Shown here: positions 13,544 to 24,290 of the stretch, piece after piece
Position numbering within the stretch: the first letter of the stretch is position 1
How the letters are laid out: every line of letters begins with the position of its first letter
Assembly: GCF_902713615.1 (NCBI RefSeq)
Contig: NC_052162.1
Coordinates: 126,132,653 to 126,196,652, forward strand
Direction of reading: 5' to 3'
DNA: 64,000 nucleotides
Source: Scyliorhinus canicula
Taxonomy: Eukaryota
Program-made: the position numbers and the translations under genes
Notes under the pieces: generated by a model
What the model saw: only the letters and a program-made list of their open reading frames with translations
The model's database searches: none
Told to the model about the DNA's origin: nothing

Positions 13544-13802
13544 CAGGGCTGGCTCAAGGCACCGGCAACTCGGGCAGTCGCCCGGGGCGCCATGTGCTGG
13601 GGGCGCCATCAAGGAATGCGTGACTGGCGTCAGAGACCCGGCGCATGTGCAGTTGGGCCGGTGCCAACCAGCGCATGTGCGGTGACCGCCCCGCACAAAC
13701 ATGGCGGATGGATCCAGGCTCGCCGGTGGAAGAAAGGAGGCCTGCCGACAGAGAGACCGGCCCGCCGATTGGTGGGTCCCGATCATGTACCAGGTCACTC
13801 CG

Positions 13803-13837
<35 letters not shown>

Positions 13838-14026
13838 GCGAACGGAGCCCCCCCCCCCCCCGGTGAACGGAGCCTCCCCTGGTGAACGGAGCCCCCCCCC
13901 CCAGTGAACGGAGCCCCCCCCCCCCCCCAGTGAACGGAGCCCCCCCCGGTGAACGGAGCCCCCCCCCCCCGAAGGGCACCGAAGTTCAGCTTGCCCGGGG
14001 CGCCAGCAACCCTAGGGCCGTTTCTG
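13544..14026. mobile_element. hAT-type MITE with internal GTGAACGGAGC(C)n tandem repeat
   Basis: TIR-like ends CAGGGCTGGCTCAAGG / CCTAGGGCCGTTTCTG; 8-bp TSD GCTGTAAC (13536-13543) / GCCGTAAC (14027-14034). Confidence 0.85.
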
Positions 14027-14321
14027 GCCGTAACAGAACCCAGAACCTCCTTAGCAGGAAGCTCCCATGGTATGACCACCCCTACCTACATGATGACTGA
14101 CCCTCCTTTCTCAATCACTGACCCCTTTTTAATGATCACCACCACACATCCACACCACCTTCCCATCTCTGTCTCCAATCTGTCTTTAACCCTCTGCAAT
14201 CACCCCAACTCCCAAAGTTATGCCCCAGACACCCCTATCATACCCCTCACAATCTCTACCCCAGCAGTACAAACCCTACCTGCTCCTGGGACACAATGTC
14301 TGCTGAAGCCATCCCTGCCCA

Positions 14322-14428
14322 ACAGGGTTCGATTCCCGCTTGGGTCACTGTCTGTGCGGAGTTTGCATATTCTCCCAGAGTCTGTGTAGGTTTCCTCCGG
14401 ACGCTCCCGTTTCCTCCCACAAGTCCCG
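14322..14428 (+). mobile_element. HE1-like SINE fragment abutting the L1 5' truncation point
   Basis: GGTTCGATTCCC B box and GGTCACTGTCTGTGCGGAGTTTGCA core. Confidence 0.8.
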
Positions 14429-14429
14429 G

Positions 14430-16278
14430 AAGGCAGGGAAGTTGAAGTGGTGGTTGCAATGGACGCGGAAAAAGCCTTCGACTGGGTCGAGTGGGATTAC
14501 TTATGGGAGGTGCTGGAGCGGTTCGGGTTTGGAAGGGGCTTTGTTGTCTGGGTTAGGTTGCTGTACCGGGCTACGGTAGCTAGTGTACGGACAAACAGGA
14601 CGACTTCAGAATATTTCAGGCTACACCGGGGGACGAGACCGGGATGTCCCCTCTCCCCACTGCTGTTTGCGCTGGCGATAGAGCCGCTGGCAATTGCTCA
14701 GTGGGCCTCAAGGTGCTGGATGGGGTTGGTCTTGGGGGGGGGGGGGGGGGGGTGGAGCACAGAGTCTCGCTGTATGTGGATGACCTACTGATGTATGTCT
14801 CAGACCCAATGGAGGGGATGGGGGAAATTATGGGAACCTTAGGGGAATTCGGCTGGTTTTCGGGGCCCAAGCTTAATATGGGCAAGAGCGAGTTGTTTGT
14901 GGTTCAGGCGAGAGGTCAGGAGAGTAGACTGGGGGAACTGCTGTTTAGAGTGGTAGGGGACAGTTTTAGGTACTTGGGTATTCAGGTGGTGAGGGATTGG
15001 GACAGGCTACACAAATTGAACCTGACCCGGTTGGTGGACCAGATGAAGGAGGATTTCTGGAGGTGGGACACGCTCCCGTTGTCTCTGGCGGATAGGGTGG
15101 TCGGTAAAAATGATGGTCCTCCCGCGGTTCCTTTTCGTTTTCCAGTGCCTCTCATCTTCATCCCGCTGTCCTTTTTTAAGCAGATCAATAAGATTATCGT
15201 GGGCTTTGTGTGGGAGGGCAAGCCCCCGCGGGTGAAGAGGGCAATGTTCGAGCGGAGTCGGGAGGATGGTGGGCTGACGCTGCTGAATTTCAGCAATTAC
15301 TACTGGGGGGCTAACATAGCCATGGTGAGGAGGTGGGTGGTGGCGGTGAGCCGGCGTGGGTGCGCATGGAGGTGGCTTCATTTAAGGGCACAAGTCTGGG
15401 GGCGCTAGTAATGGCGCCCCTGCTGTTCCCTCCGGCGCGGTACTCCACCAGTCCAGTGGTGGTGGCAGCCCTGTGAGTCTGGGGGCAGTGGAGGAGACAT
15501 GTGGGAGCAGAGGGGGCATTGGTGTGGTCCCCAATCTGCGACAATCATAGGTTTGCCCCTGAGAGGGTGGATAGGGTGGGCTGGGGATTCCGTATTTGGT
15601 GGAGACCGGGGTATTGAGAGGATCAGGGACTTGTTCTTGGAAGGTAGTTTCCCGAGTATGAATGCGTTGGAGAAGTTTTCAATGGCTGGGGGAAGTGAAT
15701 TCCGATATTTACAGGTCTGGGACTTTTTGCGGAAGCAGGTACCAAACTTCCCACTCCTGCCACTAAGGGGGATTCAGGATAGGGTGGTTTCTAGAGGATG
15801 GATCGGGGAGGGGAGGGTCTTGGACATATACAGAGAGCTTATGGGTTTGGAGGAGTCGCAAACCGAGGAGGATCTGGGAATTCAGGAGGAGAGAGAGGCG
15901 GATGTTCTGGCCTTTGCTTCCCTGGTAGCCCGGAAGTGTGTCTTGTTGGGATGGAAGCCTTCAAAGCCCCCAAAATCGGAGACCTGGCTTTCAGACATGG
16001 CTGGCTTCCTCTGCCTGGAGAAAATTAAGTTCAGAGGTGGCAACCATTCATCAACTTCCTCGCAGAGAACTAATCATCAGCCGAGAGTGGGGGGGGGGGG
16101 GGGGGGGGGAGAGGAGGAGGGAGGGAGTTCATGTAGGTTTGGGGGTAAGTAATGGCAAGACCTGTGGGAGAGGAAGGTGGAATTTGCACTATGTTTATAT
16201 TTTTCTTGTTATGTTTATTGTTGATTTTGTTGTTGAAATGCCAAAGAAATACCTCAATAAAACATTTATTTAAAAAAA
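14430..16278 (+). mobile_element. 5'-truncated L1-clade LINE (RT to 3' end), frameshifted, with internal deletion near 15870
   Basis: DAEKAFD, RGTRPGCPLSPLLFALAIEPLA, SLYVDDLL, FRYLGI motifs; AATAAA and A-tail. Confidence 0.95.
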
Positions 16279-16289
16279 GTTTTTTAAAA

Positions 16290-18771
16290 ACTTTGTATTC
16301 AATATGAGTTGTCAAGTCTTTGACATCTTTTGGATTATGCACAAAAGCTTGTTGAAAGGGTTAATGTTCCTGCAGAAACAAAAATGGGTGTATAGTGGGT
16401 GGGTAACTTGGAATGATGCCATTTGCATCTCTAATCGTTTTTCATATATGTCACTGAAATGGACTGGGAGTAAAAGTTGGATTGCTGCCAAATTTCTATT
16501 ATCAAATGTCTTAGAATGATGTGTTCTCTCCATGGATTTGCTTTTAATCAGAGTTACTTTCCTCAAAAACAGCTTCCACATTGTCTGACGTTTAATTTTC
16601 AAGCTAATTTAAAACATTTATTTTAAAATATCAAACACAAAACCCATTGAATATATGACTGAACCAATCTTGCGATGAATGAACTTGGTTTTCTGTAGAT
16701 AAATTTTTTTTTTTTTCTTTTTTTTTAATAAATTTAGAGTACCCAATTATTTTTTCCAATTAAGGGGCAATTTAGTGTGGCCAATTCACCTAACCTGCAC
16801 ATCTTTTGGGTTGTGGGGGCGAAACCCACGCAGACACGGGGAGAATGTGCAAACTCCACACGAACAGTGACCCAGGGCCGGGATTCGAACCCGGGTCCTC
16901 AGCGCCGTAGGCAGAAATGCTAACCACTGTGCCACCGTGCTGCCCTTCTGTAGATAAATTTATCGATTCTGTTGAAGGAACAGCTGACAAGATTTGTTAA
17001 TTTCTTAAAATTAATAAAGCAACATTCAAATTAATGACAGTTTTCCCAAGTTAACAGTTCTTGGCAACTTTTAGCGATACGTGACTTGGGGCGTATCCAT
17101 GTAGCCAGGAGGCAGGCCTTCATCGGAGGAGACCAGTTTGTAATCGTGAAATCTGAAACTCGCAAAATGGCCGTCTTCAACACGAGAAAGGAATTTCATA
17201 TCTCTTCTGGACAGATTTGTCGGTAACGGAGGAGGAGAAACGGTTTCGGACTGAGGTTTGGGTAGGATCAAGTTTAAAGCTGCAGACAGTTCTGGTTTTA
17301 AACCAGTGACAAAATGGGTTTTTGATAGATCTTTCAAATGGTTTAAAACCCAGGCTTTTTTCTTCATCACTTCAACTTCAAGCTGTTTGGTGCTTAATGG
17401 GTTAAGTTGTATTACACTTTGTTTACCATGAGGCTCGTTGCTTAACCGAACAGGCTTTTCTTGTTTAAAAATCTCACAGTCTATTAAAGCTGCCATGAGA
17501 GGCTTTTGGATCGGGTCCAGCAGCATTTCGTGGTCGGTCTCAGAGTAAGAAAACGGTTTGTTCTGGGGTAAAAGTGTCCTTGGCAGATAGTTCATTTTGC
17601 CAGACTCCGCCTGTGAAACTTCAATCAGTGTATTCATTGTTTTCATGTCAGTAGCAGCTTGCAATAATGTAGGATTTGGTTTAGATATCACTGGTATATC
17701 TTGGGCCTTAGTTAAAATCATTTCAACTCTTCCCGTTGGTGGCGCTGTTTGCTTTGGAGAGTTCAGCTGATTTATTAAAGACAGATTTGAAGGCTTTTGA
17801 GCTGTTAATTTGTCTGTCAGTAATTTGTTATGACATTTCATGGTGTCCATGTCACTTTTCAAAATACATTTTTCCTCAAGTAACTGGCAATTTTGACTTT
17901 TCAGACCATCATTTTCCGATATTAACTGTTGAAGTTTGGATTCTGAGTCAGTATCTTTCTTTTGGAGTTCATCAATTTGAAATGATTGTTATTGAACTTT
18001 AAAGGTTTCATTTTCCAATAATGTTTTAATCTGATCACATTGTTCAAGTTTAGATTTTGCATCTCATAATTCTTCAACAACTGCTGCTAGTTGGTCTTTA
18101 GTGAACTTAACGTCATGATCGAATTTAGTTTTTGCGATTGTCTCTTGATGTTTGTGGAAATGTGCCATTGCTGCAAAAGACCATTTCATACGGTTCCCTC
18201 TATTTAAGCGTGTGGTTTTCACCCCCTGCCTTCTTGATATTATCAAGGCACCACTATCCTTTGGGGATATCATATTTTGATTCAATCTTTCTTGCAACTT
18301 CAGACAGTCCAAATTATCTACAAATCAAAGATCTAAGATCACCCAATATATCAATAGAGACATCCGGTACAGCATGACCTCCCTTGGGTGTTGTGGGAAG
18401 TAGTTCTCTATCATTTGAAGGTCCTGAATCTATTTTAGGAGTCATGTCCACCATAAACTCAGCCTTACACCCAATATTTTTGGTTGCCAACTATGTTTGT
18501 GTATCTGTGTACACTAGCGCGACTATTCTTTCAGTCCCGTTTTATTTTAGTTTCAACGACCAGCACCCGATTGAATTAACACAGTCTGTAAAAAGGTCCT
18601 TTCTAGGGGTCGAAGCACTGCTTGAGGCGGCTTTAAGACATTTAATGGGTGAAAAAGATATTTCTTACAACAGTCTAGCCGTTTTTCTTTGGGTATTCCG
18701 ACCTTCTGGTCTTTCTTCAGTCTTCTGATTTCTTCCTGGCTGGCTCCCCCCTTTTGCCGAACTACGCCAGT
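16290..18771 (-). mobile_element. LTR-retroelement internal region: tRNA-Ser PBS and decayed coiled-coil/Gag-like ORF (18454 to 17071)
   Basis: TGGCGTAGTTCGGCA (minus, 18755-18769) two bases from the LTR end; long interrupted frame with heptad-rich segment. Confidence 0.7.
16707..16945 (-). mobile_element. Full-length young A-tailed HE1-like SINE
   Basis: 16-bp TSD TTCTGTAGATAAATTT (16691-16706 / 16946-16961); A and B boxes. Confidence 0.95.
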
Positions 18772-19694
18772 TGTAGAGATCTACCATGCGGATTTAGTGG
18801 CACTTGCGACACTAAAACTCAGTCAAAATTTGAGTTTAAACTTCTGAGGTGCAAACAAGAATCGTTTATTGCCTCTATTTTTTTACAATTGAGAATCACT
18901 TAAATCTTATTCTCTAATAAATCCAGCTAGCAAAAAGGACTTAAAGAGATGCAACTTGTACACAATTTAACTTTCAAATAATACAGAAATGGTTTCTTGC
19001 TTACAGCAAAACAGCTTGCATTTACTTCAAGAGTTAGAGTGGAAAAGTGAAAGTATAGAGACAGAGACTAGTTTAGATCAAAGTATCGATGATTCATGAA
19101 TAAAGATGGCCGTATGGACACTCACGGTTAGACGAAATCATATCAGTCTTTAGCCATCTATCTATACCCCTATGTTATCCCAATTGGTTTAGGTTAGAAT
19201 CAAATGAGTTTGATTTGACAGTTAGCTGTCAATCTTCAATGTGCAACATTAGCTTTAAATGTTTCATATCTGAATACTTGTGTATGTTATGGAATGCGAT
19301 TCTGTGCTATTATCACAACCAGTTTAAACTAGACTTCTGCTGACTTTGCTATTTTCCACATTGTGGACATTAGCGCCTTAATGTTGCTATGGTGCCTGCC
19401 CTGTCCTTGGAATGATATCTAGTCCAGCTTGTGTTTTAATGTCAGACTGTCTTGCAAATGTATTTGTTAGAACAATGGAGCTCAGTAAGACTGCTGTTTT
19501 AATCTATAATGGAATTACGTTGTGTCATGCTGTTTTGTTTCTGTTCTGTTGAAGCTATATGTTTTGAGATGACCTGAGGTTATAAGTGTTGAAATCCTTA
19601 ATTTAAAATGGGTATTTAAAACTGGGGTTTAATATTTACGCTAAATAGCTATCTTTTACCTGTCAGCTGTATTAGAAAATAGTTGGTTTCTAGA
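18772..19694 (-). mobile_element. 5' LTR (~920 bp) of the tRNA-Ser element
   Basis: TGTAGAG / TTTCTAGA terminal inverted ends; AATAAA on minus strand near 18866; host sequence resumes at ~19695 (matches reverse complement of ~39980-40003). Confidence 0.7.
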
Positions 19695-20109
19695 GAAGCC
19701 ATGTTAAACTCTAACATGTGACAAGATCTTTTTCAGAAATTAATACTGTATAAACGTAAATGCTTCGACGCTGCTGAGTGAGCATTAATTGTTGAAACAA
19801 ATAAATTCTTCAATCATTTTGACAAGAAAGAGAACATTAAATTGTGCCAATGTCTGGCTCAACCACAAGGCTGTTTGTTCAATCCAATCAAGATGAGTAA
19901 GAAATAAAGTTATTGTCTTTCACAAACTGTCTTTTTGAACCCGTTTACCTTGGAGTGACCAAATATATTAATTAAAGAATACTGTTTTATTTAGCCACCA
20001 ATCAGTAACAAATGATTGATTCTTAATTCAGTTACAATGAATCAATCAATAATGAATCAGTAGTTCTCGTAAAAGACTGATTTTTATTTGCTGTAAAAAT
20101 GTAAAAGCA

Positions 20110-20597
20110 GGGCAGCAGAGCGGCACAGTGGTTAGCACTGCTGCCTCACGTGCCAAGGTTCCAGGTTCGATCTCAGCTCTGGGTCACTGTCCGTGTGGAG
20201 TTTGCACATTCTCCCTGTGTTCACGTGGGTTTCACCCCCACAACCCAAAGATGTGCAGGGTAGGTGGATTGGCCATGCTAAATTGCCCCTTTATTGGAAA
20301 AAATGAATTGGGTACTCTAAATTTCTTAAAAAGCTTAATTGCTGTATATGTAAAGAATGTTTTGGGCTGCATGGTGGTGCAGTGGTTAGCACTGCTGCCT
20401 CACGGCGCCGAGAACCCGGGTTAGATCCCGGTCCAGGGTTACTGTCCATATGGAATTTACACATTCTACCCCTGTCTGCGTGGGTCATACCCCTACAGTC
20501 CAAAAAGATTGTGCAGGATAGGTGGATTGGCCACGCAAAATTGCCCTCAATTGGAGAAAAATAGTTGGGTAGTCCAAATTTATCAATTTTTAAAAAA
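20110..20597 (+). mobile_element. Two tandem HE1-like SINE copies (20110-20331, 20363-20597)
   Basis: GTGGTTAGCACTGCTGCCTCAC heads; both absent from the paralogous module at ~59420. Confidence 0.9.
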
Positions 20598-20599
20598 GG

Positions 20600-21200
20600 A
20601 CTGTGTAATGACGCTAAATGCACTGGCAAGAGAGACCTTCAAGGTCAGATTAACCTCATCATTTGATGTTGTAAAATAAGGGATTCTATAAAGCAGATAA
20701 AAGGATAGTATGAAACAGTTCTATTGTATTCCTGCCTATGCCAATGAGAGAAGGTGGTGTCAGTAATTGGGGATCCAATTCAATTAATCTAGTGACCAAA
20801 TTGACCAATTGTCATGTTACAACATCCTCAACTCTGATGTGAGGTAATGGTCACTTTGGGGATAAAAGTAGAGGTTCTGAAGGTCTTCCTTGCTGGCCAA
20901 GTACTGAAGACTCCTGAGGCCGAGTTCCAAGGAAATTACTGTCAAAGAAGGAGCCAGACTCCCGAGGCTGAATTCCACAAGAATTACTGTCAAAGGAGCC
21001 AGAGAGGGTTACGCTTCCATAGACTGATCACCCACATGAAGTTGTAAAAGTCAATGCCTTAAAGTTCAGTAAACATTTTTCTTTTCATAAACTTATTTTT
21101 GAATTTACTATCCAGAGAATTCTGCCTTTGTCTTAATTTATTCAAGTGCTGTCCAACCTAAAATGAATTCATTAAATGGTAAGTCGGGGGTGACTGAAAT
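20600..21200 (+). repeat. Upstream segmental-duplication module, copy 1 (others at 38690-39640 minus and 59405-59990 plus)
   Basis: Shared GGCAAGAGAGACCTTCAAG...GTAATGGTCACTTTGGGGATAAAAG...GAGGCCGAGTTCCAAGGAAATTACTGTCAAAG. Confidence 0.9.
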
Positions 21201-21239
21201 CATTTATGTTCTCGATAACAAGATCAGTATCTTCAATTG

Positions 21240-21650
21240 AAAACCTTGCATTTCTATCGCACCTTTCACAACCACAGGGCGTCCCAAAGTGCTTCACAGC
21301 TAATTAAGTACTTTTGAAGTGTCATCACTTTTGTAATGTAGGAAATGCGGCAATCAGTTTACACACAGCAATGTGATAACGAACAGATGATGTGTTTTTA
21401 GTGATGTTGACTGAGGGATAAATATTGACCAGGACACAGGGGTAACTCCCCTGCTCTTCTTCAAAATAGTGGCTGTGGGATCTTCAACATCCACATGATA
21501 GGGACAGACAGAGCCTCAGTTTAACATCTTATTTGAAAGAAGGCTGTTCTGACAGTGCAGCACTCCCTCAGTGCTGCGAGGAGGACTGGGACTTGAACCC
21601 ATAATTTTCTGATTCAGAGGTGAGAGAACTGCCCACTGAGCCACAGCTAA
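21240..21650 (-). mobile_element. Deu-domain SINE (SacSINE1/AmnSINE1-like)
   Basis: TCCCAAAGTGCTT...GACAGTGCAGCACTCCCTCAGT Deu-like core; paralogous copy at 60035-60490. Confidence 0.8.
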
Positions 21651-22199
21651 CACTACAGACAATACAAAGTTAGAAAGTGAAAGTAACCCTTTAAAAGCCC
21701 CACCCTTTGCCTCCAGTGCCTAAATTTAATAATAAAAACCCCAGTATAAATAACATGGATTTGACTGACAAATGTTGAGATGTTGGTTTCGAGTCACAAG
21801 TTTTGACTTCCCATTTGAGCCTCGGGCACCTTTCTGTGTCTCTATTGCTCATGTCAATGACAGGCAGCGACGGAGCTGGGGGCTGCATTTAACTGAGAAT
21901 AAAGCTCCAGTTGGCAAACTTCCATGAATGTCACACAATTTATGTAAAGGGCAAAATCCAGATTTATAGAAGACAGATGTTTAATTGGTAATGGGTTGAA
22001 GGGTTGAAGAACTGTCAGTACGGTGGAATTAAATTCCAAGTACAGCCATGACAAAATGGCAGAGCAGACTCGATGGGCCAAATGGCCTAATTCTGCTCCT
22101 ATATCTGATGACCTTCTGAAAAGGGGAGACATTGATTTGCTCCCAGATGTTGCCCAGAGGAGGAAGTTTTAGTCTGAAACTCATTGTTCAACCTCCACA

Positions 22200-22634
22200 T
22201 TGTGACATCACAAAGGAGCACGTCCTCTAAATCAGCCAAAAGGAATGAATCCGTTGCGCGGTGACGTCAGTGCATTTGTGTGTGAGTACACGGGATACAC
22301 GCCCCCACCCTTTGTTCCCTCTCCCCCAGCATACAGTATCGTCATGACGGTTTCCAGGCAACCGGCTGACAGCTCCGGCCACAGCGAGAAGCCCCAACCC
22401 AGGACTGCGCATGTCTCAGGAAGAGGGGAATCTGCGCATGTGCAGGGTGAGCTCAATCCCGCGGTGCGCAATGGGAAGATTGGAGGACCGGAAGGACTTT
22501 GCTTCTCTGCCAATCAGAGCCCCCCCATTGTCTCAATGCGGAAGCTGGACATGGAGGTTTGTGCTGAGCAAAGCTGTTGTTCCCCCAACCCTGAATGAGC
22601 TTGAGCTGTACACAGACTCCTGTCTTCAACATCT
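22200..22634 (+). promoter_or_regulatory. CpG promoter and exon 1 of ZNF locus A
   Basis: CRE TGACGTCA 22262-22269, X-box GTTTCCAGGCAAC 22350-22362, TGCGCATG (NRF1-like), CCAATCA; donor CATCT|GTGAGT at 22634/22635. Confidence 0.8.
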
Positions 22635-22747
22635 GTGAGTAAAACACTTTCTTATTGCCCATCCCTAGTTACCCTTCCGAAGTAGTGGTGAGTTGCCTTC
22701 TTGAACTGCTGCAGTCTTTGAGGTGTAGGTGCATCCCCTGTGCTGTT

Positions 22748-22986
22748 TTTTTTTAAATTTGTTTTTTTCTAAATTTAAAGTACCCAATTAATTTTTCCCA
22801 ATAAAGAGGCAATTTAGCATGGCCAATCCACCTACCCTGCACATCTTTGGGGTGTTCGGGCGAAACCCACGCAAACACGGGGAGAATGTGCAAACTACAC
22901 ACGAACAGTGACCCAGAGCCGGGATCGAACCTGAGACCTCGGCACCGTGAGGGAGCAGCGCTAACCACTGCTCCACCATGCTGCCC
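22748..22986 (-). mobile_element. A-tailed HE1-like SINE in intron 1 of A
   Basis: Flanked by CATCC(C/T)CTGTGCTGTT duplication. Confidence 0.9.
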
Positions 22987-23689
22987 TACATCCTCTGTGC
23001 TGTTAGGGAGGGAATTCCAGGATGTTGCCCCAGGGACAGTGAAGGAACGGCAAGATAAATGCTGGCCTAACCAGCATTGTCCACATCCCGTAAATTAATT
23101 TTTAAAAATTTAATATCGGACAGAGATATGTCTAGTGTTATATGGTATGTAATATATATATTATTGATGGTTCTGTAATAAAATACATGTATTATTAGTT
23201 CTAGTTTTGTAATATAGTACTGTACCCACATTATGTATTTCCAGTCATACAGTCATTGCAGCACTGACAGAATCCATTTGGTATCTCAAGTCAATGCTGA
23301 CTCTCTGTACAGTAATCCAGTCAGTCCCATTCCCCCTCGATATCCCTGTTCCCCTGCAAGTTTATTTTCTTCAAGTGACCATCCTATTTAATTTTAAATT
23401 ATTGATCATCTCGACTTCCACAACCCTTGTGGGCAGTGAGTTCCCTGTCCAGTCCACTCCATGACTAAATAAAATTCTTCCTCAGATTTCCCCATCTCTA
23501 ATCAGTAAATGTTCTTATATGGAGATTCTCTCCTCTTGTACAGGTTTAAGTGAGTTTAGATTTGTTGATCAGCAGCTTCAGGAAAATTGGGAAGGAAAGT
23601 AAGTGAATAAAGTCTGTATATTACACACATTTTTCATCCAGTAATATAGACATATATCTGTCTGGCAGCCTGCATGAAGATTTTCAGGT

Positions 23690-23934
23690 CTCTGTGTCCA
23701 GGACAGGAAGCAGTGAGCATGGATCTGTTAATCAGCCTGAATCAGCACCTTCAGGAGAATTGGGAGGGTGAATATTAGATACAGCAGAGTGAGAATGGAG
23801 GGAGAGTGTGTGGGATGGAGATTTAGTGTTTTGGGGAATGAGAGAGGAAAGAATGTTCGATAGAAACTAGAATTGTCTGTTCTGTGTTTCTATCCTGTAC
23901 TGACAATGATTACTGTTGTAAAATCTGTTTGCAG
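23690..23934 (+). other. Conserved cassette of A: 66-nt micro-exon 23702-23767 plus short intron to acceptor 23934
   Basis: TGTGTCCAG|G ... GGAGG|GTGAAT ... TTTGCAG|G; near-identical copies in B, C, D (partial) and E. Confidence 0.7.
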
Positions 23935-24290
23935 GAAGTTCGAACGAGAGGAGTTTGAGGCCGATATCTCAAACTAAATATCACGTCAAGAACTGACTGA
24001 GTCACTCAATTCTTGGGATCATCGGCCTTTGAATCTGGAAGGAGAAAAGTTTGTCTATTCTGTCTGCTTCAAGAGATTTTAAACATCGGTGTGTCTGGAA
24101 AAGCACTGAGACACACACACCCCTTTGTAGACTGTTACAGAGCACTGACTGTGGAAAGAGCTTTAACCAGTTACACAGGCTGACAAAATACTACACCATT
24201 CACAGCAGGGAGAGACTGTATCGGTGATCTGTCTGTGGACGAGGCTTCAATTGATCGTCCAACGTGGTGAGACACAAGATCACCCGGACC

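Noticed and set aside
13457-14100. Gly/Pro-rich ORFs resembling formin or extensin
   Set aside because: Translation of poly-C/G tracts inside a MITE
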